Shown here: piece by piece, positions 41,701 to 50,313 of the stretch | Layout of the letters: each line of letters starts with the position of its first letter | Position numbering within the stretch: the first letter of the stretch is position 1 | NCBI GenBank assembly: GCA_012295275.1 | Contig: CM022672.1 | Location: 7,316,001-7,380,000, forward strand | Origin: Chrysomallon squamiferum | Lineage: Eukaryota > Animalia > Mollusca | DNA length: 64,000 bases | Direction: 5' to 3' | Program-made: the position numbers and the translations under genes | The notes under the pieces: model-generated | Seen by the model: the letters and a program-made list of their open reading frames with translations, nothing else | Database searches by the model: none | What the model was told of the DNA's origin: nothing

Positions 41701-44700
41701 TTTTTTTTTTTTTTTTTTTTTTTAATATGTATGTTGGATTTGACTATAACTTTCTTTGATTAACTTCATTTTTATCATTTAATTTCTTAGAATTAATATT
41801 GATCAATCTGAATGTAAGCAAAAAAGTATGAGAAAGGAAATAAATTGGTTCTGTTCTATATTGTAAAACATTTTGTTTAGATTTATTAAACCATTTTTTA
41901 ACAAGATGTTGTATTGTCATTGAATTTTTGTATTTTTGCAACTCCTATCAGATTAAGTAAAATAAAATAATTTATTTTAGGATCTGCTATCTGCTAATAA
42001 TAATTATTTTTATAATTTTAAGGTAGAAGATCTAGATCCATGTGTATTGCGAAGCCGGCAACTAGCAAGTGAGTGTTTAAATTGAGGATGTTTTTTTAAT
42101 AAGGATTATATATACATTTTCCTTTTCTTTCTCTTATTCTTTTTGTTATTTGGTATGTTCATTTTAATTTTAAAAAACCCAATATAACAGCCATTACCTA
42201 CTAATTCAGATTGTTCTCACATACTGAAACTTGCATAAAACTGTTACACATCGCCAGAGGAATGATATTGGTGAACACCCACTAGACATTGTCTGTTTTT
42301 ACCAGTGCATTATCATTAATGTGTTAGAGGCTGCCATCTTGTTTATGTCATAATGTAAATGAAAGATTATTTGATTGTGAGCAGTGACAGTTGTTTCCTG
42401 ACACTGTCACTACAAAGTCACTTTGTAATAATTGTAGAAATGTGTTGAGACAATTTAATTCATCCATTCATTTGTTCACTTCTTTATTCAATATTTTATT
42501 GTTGTAAAATGAACCACTGCTTTAATTGTGTTTTCTGATTTCAGTTCGTGGAAATGAAATGGCCCAAACAGGACATTATTCACCAGCAATAGAATTGTTT
42601 ACTGAAGCTATCAAATTAGACCCTAGAGATTTTAGGTTAGTCTGTTTAATCTGACTTGTAAAATAATTATTAATAATAAAATTAATAATAATAAGAAGAA
42701 GAAGAAGAAATAAAGCCATATCTACATTTGCTGTCATATATTTTTGGGTTAAATTTAATATAATGGACAAAAAAGACAAAAAAAAAAAAAATTAAAAAAC
42801 ATTTGTTTGATATTTCACATTTTATTTCTGTTTTTCATTTCAGATTTTTTGGAAATAGGTCTTACTGTTATGATAGAATTCAGCAGTATGAAAAGTAAGT
42901 AAATGTTTTGTAGATATTTTGTAATCGTAATCCATTCAAACATGTACCAATTTTGTGACCTGCTACCAATGAGACATGCTTTGTACACATTAGATTATAA
43001 TCTATTTAATTTCACTGTTTTTTGGGTCACATTGAAAAAAAGAAACATGGTGATACACATGCCAGGACAATCATAAATAAATGAATACGACAAAACCATA
43101 TGACATTAACTTTTATGTAAAATTACTGGTTTAATGGTAATATTTTGGACAAGAATCCTGCTATCAGCAAATAAATAAGTTACTTACTTTGATTAGCAGC
43201 AAGTAACCTTTTATGTGTGCTTTCCCATAGACAGGGAACAGTACAGAATGGACAGTGAAATTACTGTATACTAAGTATCTACAAAAGTAAGGGTCATTTG
43301 AAAAAATTTAACAAAAATAAGAATGTTACCTTCGTTTTTGGTGAATTGATAATTGATTTTTAATAAATTGCAGAGCTCTTTATGATGCAGAAAAAGCAAT
43401 ATCATTGGCTAAGGATTGGGCTAAAGGATATTTTAGAAAAGGCAGAGCACTTGCTGGTCTCAAGGTAAATTGCCTATATTTACTACATCTTGTTCATAAA
43501 ACCCACATACTGTTTTACACCAGCCTAAACATATGTGTCAGTAATATTGTTTTAAAGTTGTGAAATAACAGGACATGATACAGAGAGAAAATCTAAAATC
43601 AAATTCTGTATTAAATAATGATAACAATTTTTGGTCTGTACAAAATTTTTTTAAATCCTTGAGTCTTATAAACTGCAAGATTACAAATTTAAATTTCAGC
43701 AATTCTCCGAGGCAGAAAAATCTTTTATGCAGGTTTTAAAACTGGATAAAAACTGTGATGATGCAGTTCAAGAACTGCTCAGAGTCCGAACGTATCAACT
43801 AACAGTAAGTAAATAAAATATTTACATCTGTGTCTGTCTTCACGCATGTGTTTTCTATACATTCTAAATCACCATACTGTGTAAATAATTATTTTCATTT
43901 TCATTAGTATTAATGCTATATAACACATATACAGGTTCAGTATATCTTATCTTCAGTACCAAAATCCAAAGTGTTTGGTTCTCACACAGAATTTTAAATA
44001 GAAATTGTATAAAATTACTCTTAAACCATATGTTATAAGTTGTGTAATATGAAAGATAAATGGTTTAGGTGTCTGAGTCCCTTCATGAAGCTGTGATATT
44101 TCAAAATGCAAGCTACATTCAACCCAAAGTATTTTGAATCAAGAATTCTCAGCCTGTTTTATGATTTCTCCATGACACATTACATTCCTGCTTATTTTTA
44201 TTCTTTCTTTAATAATTTTAAGTAATTTAAAGAAGTTATCAAAATGCAATTTTACTTCACAGTTGAGTTTAGTGCTTTAGTATGTCAGAATGAAATAACT
44301 AAAATCTGCTACTGTTTATTAATAAAACTGTTTATTATATCTATTTTTAGGAAATGGGATTTTCCCGACATCAAGCTGAATCTGCGATAAAAACACATGG
44401 ATCTGTGCAAGCTGCTTTAGATTCACTTCTAGCAGGTGTAGGTAGGTGCTAACCTGAAACTCATTTAAAATCTGCTTATGTGATAAAACACACTTAATAA
44501 TTCATTTCCAAATGTTTTTATTTTATATAGTCAGTCACTGTTACTAATATAGTTTTGTTATAAAGCAACTTGCTCGTGAACATCCATAGAGACTAACATT
44601 GTTCAGTTTACTGCGAAAAATATTTTTTGGTTCAAATAAATGTCTTTAAACTTGTGATCCTATTCAAGAAATGACTGAAATTTCATTTTTCCTTCCCATA

Positions 44701-47700
44701 CTGAACAATACACCTAAGTTACAGCAGAACCTGAAAGGTGTGCTTACAATAATAATTTATTTTGTATTTGACAGAAAATACCCTGCAATTGTTTATATAC
44801 TTCACAGAAACATTCACAGAGACTGAAATATATAGTCTTAATTGTTACACATTTTTATTGTTTTCCTTGTCTCCATAGCAGCACTTTAATTTTCATAGAT
44901 ACATTTTTTTTTTTTTTTAATTATCTGGTGTAAGTTGTGTCTGTTTACATAATTAAATATTTGAGTTGTATTTTTCAGTAGCAGACAACTCTTTATCCTC
45001 TGAGGTGTACATGTCAGATGAAGATGAGTTTTCAAGAACCCCCACCCCCCTGAGTCAGCAACAGTCCACCCTACATCAGTCCCCGCCAGACGGGAAAATG
45101 GAGTAAATGTTTATTTTACTTTGTGTGTGTGTGTGTGTGTGTGTGTCTGTGTCTGTGTGTGTCTGTGTGTGTGTCTGTCTGTGTGTGTGTGTGTATGAAT
45201 ACCTCTGTGTAAATATGTGTATGCAGGTCTGTGTGTGTGTGCTGTTTTTGTTTTAAGATGATTTAATATAAAACAAATATATATTACTCACTAAGCATAA
45301 TAAGAACAATAATATATTATTGTTTATATTTTTAATTTTTGATTTTTAATTTTTCTTAACTTTCAGTCCTCAGAATCCTGAAGGTCTCACTGCTTTATGG
45401 GTTGGCAATGTTTTACCTCAAGTCACTGAAAAGAAATTAACCCAAATGTTTCAAAAGTAAGCGAGCTTTCTTAATATCATCTTACACAGTTAATATTCAA
45501 CAGCCTTTGTTTTCTTTGTGCATGTACCAAAACAATGGTCTGAATAAATAGATTGCATTTCAAATGATATTAATTAGAGTCATTTAATAAAGTATTAGAA
45601 TGTTAAATTTTAATATCTGTTTTGATTTCTGTTTCAGATATGGTCAGGTGACCAGTGTACGTCTTTTACCTGAAAAATATTGTGCTTTCATTAATTTTAA
45701 ATTTCCTGTATCAGCTGGAAAAGCTATGCAACAGTTGCAAGTGAGTATAATTTGAAAACGTTATTTATTTTTTATTTACTCACCCATTCACTCACTAATA
45801 CTCATTCACTCAGTTTTTATTATTATTTTTTTTTAATTTGTTTAATCATTTAATTTTTTAATTTTAATTTTTTTAATTTTTTTATATTAATTTGAATGCA
45901 TATCACGTTATAAGACAAAAATTGGTGAATATCAGATTGGAAGCAGTTCAGCAGAATGAAAGAGGATATACTTCTTCATTTGCCTGCTAAGTCCAACCAG
46001 TAACACATATTTTGTTAAAAGAAAACATGATCATAAATCAATGACATTTAGTCTTGAAAATATTTAATTAGAATTAAGTTTGAACATTTTGGATTTTAAA
46101 CAAACAATGTTAATATTTCAACACAAAGAAAATTTCTGCCTTTTTAATCTTTAACAACAAGTAATTTCTCAGACAGATTATCAAACTGAGAATTTATTTT
46201 CATTATATAAAAACTTTGACTATTTTTTTTATTTTTTTTATAATGTTTAGCTAGAATGTAGCTACTAGATTAGGCAATGGTTAACTGTAGTGTTTTTAAA
46301 TCATTAGATTTTTTTTATTTTTTTTTTCAGGGAGTAGAATGTGAAGGACAAAGATTATTAATAAAATTCCCTGATAACCCAATCTGCAATGGAAATGTGA
46401 TGATAAGAAAAACACAACAATCACAACAGCCACATCATCCCGCACAGTTACAACAGTCAAGTGCAGCAAAAACAACTGGGTAAGAATTGTTTTTGTGGTT
46501 TTTTTTTCAGAAGCAAAGCATCTTTGTTATTATTTATTTTTGTTTTTAATTATTCTTTTTGATTATTTTTTGTTTAAACAGAATTCTGAAAGGATACAGA
46601 ATTAAAGACTAAGTTTTAAAGATAAATATTAACATTTGTTTTTATATTTATTTTCTTTACATTTTTATTTTTATTCTTTCTTTCTTACTTTGTTTTAAAT
46701 TTATAATTTATTTTTTTGTTGTCTTTGTTTGTGTTATTATTATTTGCATTTTGTTATTATTATTGTGTTTTTTTTCATAATAAATATAAAAACTGTGACA
46801 ACAGTTTATAAATGTTTGTTTCACGAATGATTTTTTTTTTTAATTATTATTATTTTTTTTTTTTTTACGCATTTTTTTTTCAATAATATATTCTTCTGCC
46901 TTTTTCTTTCCAAAAATAATTATTGGTTGCAAACTTTACACTACATAACATATTGCAACTAACAGAGATATTCACAAAATAATAAATCAAATCCAACATA
47001 ACCATGTCATCAACATTTCAACAGTACACATATTTCCACTATATACTAGATTGGAACAAAAGTTCTTATCTTTTATAAATGAAATTCAAAGACAGTATTT
47101 AGATATTTGTAAATATATTTATTCAACCATAGATGTGCCATCTTATTACACTACCTTTAGTCATCTTTGGCAATTTCATGTTTCCATTCTGACAGAACAT
47201 GGCCATCTTTCAGGGTGATGAACTGGTCTAAATTCAACAAGCTTTTGTTCCAGTGTAATAATACATCAATATATAAAATAAATAACACATAGTTTTCAAT
47301 GTTAGGTAAATACTAGGAACAAATACAGAAGTAACAAAGATATTGATATAACATATGTTGTAAGTACTAGGAAGAAATACAGAATAACAAAGATACTGAG
47401 ATAACAGTATTTTGTAAGTACTAGAAAGAAATACTGAATTAACAAAGATATTGAAATAACTTTGTTGGGAGTGCTGGAAAGAAATACAGAATAATAAAGA
47501 TATTGATATAACAGTAAGATATAAGTACTAGGAAGAAACACTGAATAAAAAAGATGTTGATATGACAGTATATTGTAAGTACTAGGAAGAAATATAGAAA
47601 CAATAAAGACATTTAAAATAGCAGTATGTTTTAAGTACTAGGAAGAAATATAGAAACAACAAAGATATTGAAATAACAGTATGTTGTAAGTACTAGGAAG

Positions 47701-49593
47701 AAATACTGAATAAAAAAGATGTTGATATAACAGAAAATTGTAAATACTAGGAAGAAATATAGCAACAACAAAGATATTAAGATAACAATACACTGGAAGT
47801 AATAGAAAGAAATACTGAATAACAAATATAATAAAATAACAGTATGTGGTAATTACTAGAAAGAAATACAGAAATAGCAAAGATACTGAAATAACATAAC
47901 GCTGTGATTATACATTGTTCAGACAACATAAATACCCTGCTGTGTGTATTTGTAAGAAAAGGATTCAGTACAACCACTAACATAATTAAATTAAATTTTC
48001 CTTGTGTACCTAATTATCCAGTGATGTTTTGTGCCATAAAAAAAGAAAAGAAAAAGAAAGAAAGTTAGTTTTTGAAGATTTTAGGGGTGGTTAACTGCAG
48101 AGATGTCTTTTTATTTTGATTATTTATTTTTTGGTAATAATAAATAAATTAATAACTGAACACTTTTTTATTACATATAAATTCCTGTGTAATGAAAATC
48201 CTGTATCAAAGTAATTGAAAATCTCACAGTATTTAAATCAGTAAGATTTTTATTTTATTTTTTTTTAATTAAATGATCCTATGTTTTTTTTAAACTGGTT
48301 TTTATGTATAAAATATGAGTAGATAGTTGTTATGGTGATACATTATGGATGCATTTGAAGATTTTATTCACAATAATTTTATGGTAAGTAATGTATGCTT
48401 TTGAATGTAAAAGATCTGACTTAATAACTTTTTTTATTATTATTATTTTTTTTTTTTTTATTTATTATGTAAATTTTTTAATAATTTACATAATAAGTTG
48501 TGACACTAATTAATATTAGTGATTGGGTGTAAAGTATTAATAAACAAAATATCTGACTCTGGCTGACTGGCTTTCTCTCTTAACTTCAATTTATTTTTGA
48601 GGCAGTTTTAGTTTTGCTTTTAAATTCCCTAATTTTGCTTTTTTCTAACTTTTTTTTTTTTTTTTTTTTTTTTTTATTTTGTTGCATGTTCTGTTATCTG
48701 CAATAGCACTTTTTTCACTAATTTTTATTTATTTATTTATTTATTTGTATTTTATCTCTTACAATAATAATTTATTTTAAAATGTAATGCAGTAATACCT
48801 AAGTCCTTTGCAACATCAGGGGAGTCGTTTTTCTGTTGTTGTTGTTTTTTTAATTTATTTTTTTACACCTATCAACAGTGTTTTAGTCTTTAAAAAAAAA
48901 ATTTGATTAATTAAATATTAATATTTTAAATTAATACTTTTAATAATTTAATCTCATGCAAAGATAACAGTCATCATCCCTCAAGTTGATGATCTGAGAA
49001 TTTTATTTGATTGATGCTGAAATTTCTGTTTGGTCATAAAATCTCACTCATTTAAATTTACATCATAAGTATTATGTCTGTCCATTTGACATCAAAAAGT
49101 CACTTAAACTGTTTTTCCTTCTCAATACTAATATCTTTACGACCTTTTATTCTGTTCAGCTTTGAACAGTAAAACCTAAATATTTAAAAACAACCCAATC
49201 AGCTTGTTTTCCCTAAAACAGACAATACTAAAAAAATAACACTAAAACTAAATAAATGTGATTTTTAAAATCCTTTATGTGCTTCATGAAAATAAACAAA
49301 TAAGTCAGAACATAAATTAGCCATTACAAAACACTAGCAGTGGATGAGGTTGATGGGGTTACTGAGGTGGGTTCTGGGGTGGGTGACAGCTACACCACAC
49401 ACAGGATGGCTCTGTTTTTCTGTTTTGTAGGGTGAGGACTCAGCCCAAGCAATCGGGGCCTGTGAATGGTGACGAGTGCTATTTTTGGAGAACAACGGGA
49501 TGTATATATGGGGACAAATGTCATTTTAAACATGAACCTCATCACAAGGGTGTAGATAAAAAACCGTGGCAAAAGGTACTTAATGGCATATAA
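35372..49593 (+). CDS. TTC31: TTC31-like multidomain protein: J-domain(HPE)-acidic-coiled coil-TPRx3-UBA-RRM-CCCH zinc finger (22 exons, about 638 aa)
   Basis: Exons 35372-35420, 37082-37173, 37501-37572, 37824-37878, 38182-38313, 38783-38820, 39166-39249, 39767-39811, 40241-40314, 41025-41058, 41400-41537, 42023-42068, 42545-42635, 42844-42894, 43374-43464, 43700-43804, 44351-44441, 44979-45102, 45367-45456, 45638-45740, 46331-46479, 49431-49593. All are GT-AG and phase-consistent, totalling 1917 nt. NAEDLITEEEKEKKRAEKRRAKKKRRRERKK, FDPTSAF and RFFGNRSYCY resemble TTC31 as recalled. The true 3' end is uncertain. Confidence 0.85.
37082..37173 (+). CDS. TTC31: exon 2, J-domain helix II and HPE loop (GADQDSICKNYKRLAFRWHPEKNKNSPESLK)
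   Basis: cag|GT ... AAG|gtgata. Confidence 0.9.
37501..37572 (+). CDS. TTC31: exon 3, J-domain helix III (KFQQISQAYKRL...)
   Basis: ctcag|AAA ... ATG|gtttga. Confidence 0.88.
37824..37878 (+). CDS. TTC31: exon 4 (GEMLRMFQDVFFSQSHSI)
   Basis: cag|GGA ... G|gtaagt. Confidence 0.82.
38182..38313 (+). CDS. TTC31: exon 5, acidic tract (...YDSSDDDDDYDDSDEDD...)
   Basis: cag|GT ... G|gtgaat. Confidence 0.87.
38783..38820 (+). CDS. TTC31: exon 6 (AINTTTSRQLTSE)
   Basis: ccag|CA ... GAG|gtaaga; restores phase 1->0. Confidence 0.78.
39166..39249 (+). CDS. TTC31: exon 7, TTC31 coiled coil (EISQNAEDLITEEEKEKKRAEKRRAKKK)
   Basis: tag|GAA ... AAA|gtaagt. Confidence 0.9.
39767..39811 (+). CDS. TTC31: exon 8 (RRRERKKIEKQEHPK)
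   Basis: tag|AGA ... AAG|gtattg. Confidence 0.85.
40241..40314 (+). CDS. TTC31: exon 9 (EENEKLVYKGKNQAEADKGKKSDK)
   Basis: cag|GAA ... AA|gtaagc. Confidence 0.82.
41025..41058 (+). CDS. TTC31: exon 10 (ITSGTSSEGEM)
   Basis: cag|A ... ATG|gtgagt; restores phase 2->0. Confidence 0.78.
41400..41537 (+). CDS. TTC31: exon 11 (SFDPTSAFFTKVVNKKKK...SEEE)
   Basis: cag|AGT ... GAA|gtaagt. Confidence 0.87.
42023..42068 (+). CDS. TTC31: exon 12 (VEDLDPCVLRSRQLA)
   Basis: aag|GTA ... A|gtgagt. Confidence 0.85.
42545..42635 (+). CDS. TTC31: exon 13, TPR1 (IRGNEMAQTGHYSPAIELFTEAIKLDPRDF)
   Basis: TPR consensus; cag|TT ... AG|gttagt. Confidence 0.92.
42844..42894 (+). CDS. TTC31: exon 14, TPR2 (RFFGNRSYCYDRIQQYE)
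   Basis: cag|A ... AA|gtaagt. Confidence 0.92.
43374..43464 (+). CDS. TTC31: exon 15, TPR2/3 (KALYDAEKAISLAKDWAKGYFRKGRALAGLK)
   Basis: WxKGYxRK clamp motif; cag|A ... AAG|gtaaat. Confidence 0.93.
43700..43804 (+). CDS. TTC31: exon 16, TPR3 and capping helix (QFSEAEKSFMQVLKLD...YQLT)
   Basis: cag|CAA ... ACA|gtaagt. Confidence 0.9.
43932..44156. mobile_element. degenerate pogo/Tigger-like (MER46-like) non-autonomous DNA transposon relic in an intron
   Basis: TA|CAGGTTCAGTAT...ATTCTCAGCCTG imperfect TIRs; the internal sequence resembles MER46C as recalled. Confidence 0.45.
44351..44441 (+). CDS. TTC31: exon 17, UBA domain (EMGFSRHQAESAIKTHGSVQAALDSLL)
   Basis: MGF loop and LL of the UBA fold; donor at 44442, or at 44436 in the same phase. 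Confidence 0.88.
44979..45102 (+). CDS. TTC31: exon 18, S/P/Q-rich linker
   Basis: CAGTAGCAG acceptor; GA|gtaaat. Confidence 0.82.
45367..45456 (+). CDS. TTC31: exon 19, RRM RNP2 (ALWVGNVLPQVTEKKLTQMFQ)
   Basis: cag|T ... AA|gtaagc. Confidence 0.92.
45638..45740 (+). CDS. TTC31: exon 20, RRM RNP1 (YGQVTSVRLLPEKYCAFINF...)
   Basis: cag|A ... CAA|gtgagt. Confidence 0.92.
46331..46479 (+). CDS. TTC31: exon 21, end of RRM and Q-rich linker (GVECEGQRLLIKFPDN...)
   Basis: cag|GGA ... GG|gtaaga. Confidence 0.9.
47306..47900. repeat. intronic minisatellite, about 54-bp unit x about 11
   Basis: Unit GTAAGTACTAGGAAGAAATACAGAATAACAAAGATATTGATATAACAGTATGTT starting near 47306, 47360, 47414, 47467, 47521, 47575, 47630, 47686, 47740, 47790 and 47848. 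Confidence 0.9.
49431..49593 (+). CDS. TTC31: exon 22, CCCH zinc finger (ECYFWRTTGCIYGDKCHFKH)
   Basis: tag|G, phase 2; C-x7-C-x5-C-x3-H. Ends either at TAA 49591-49593 or at the internal donor AAG|gtactt after 49575. Confidence 0.88.
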
Positions 49594-50203
49594 ACTCGTT
49601 AAAAGTGAATTGTGAAGATCATGCTTCCGTTAATCATTTGTTTTATAATCAAGCAAGCATGATATAAAAAAAATTAATGTGGACACTGTTTTCTGTGATG
49701 TAAACACATTACAAATGTTTACATGTTTTTAGGTGTGAAATTAAATGAGTCCTTAACAATGAAAAGACCAGATGATTTGCAGGCAGAATCCTACATCCTA
49801 GGATTAAAGTATATTTTTCTTTCACAATATTATATTTTTTATACAATTAAGTAGTGATATTTTTAAAACAAGTCAGATATATTCATTTTATTTTTTATTT
49901 TTTTTATTTTTTTTTTTTTTTTTTTGTGATTCAGAAATAGAAAAAGCTTTGGGAAAAAAATATTGAATACTTGCATTGGAACAATTAGTATGACCTATTC
50001 CATCCTTACTTACTTATTTATTTATTGTTTTTGTTATTTTTATTTATTTTTATTTTATTTTGGGTTTTTTAACAAAGCTATGGTTACCAGAGGAAATGGG
50101 TGTCTGTCATGCTTGTGGTTACAGATTTTATTTTATTTTTCAATTTATTTTCAAACCTTTGATGGCTTTCTTTTCCAAGCTATTATTTTACTGAGTTTTA
50201 TTC

Positions 50204-50236
<33 letters not shown>

Positions 50237-50250
50237 GTTATTATTATGAC

Positions 50251-50313
<63 letters not shown>

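Noticed and set aside
42576-42779. Minus-strand ORF (likewise 29925-30215 + and 32323-32526 +)
   Set aside because: Antisense shadows of real exons on the opposite strand.
47302-47983. Overlapping hydrophobic minus-strand ORFs, or a CRISPR-like periodic array
   Set aside because: 54-bp tandem minisatellite with no unique spacers; eukaryotic intron, no cas genes.
49338-49430. In-frame 5' extension of exon 22 from the upstream TAG/CAG acceptor
   Set aside because: The exon-22 frame has a TGA at 49345; the open frame there is a different one.
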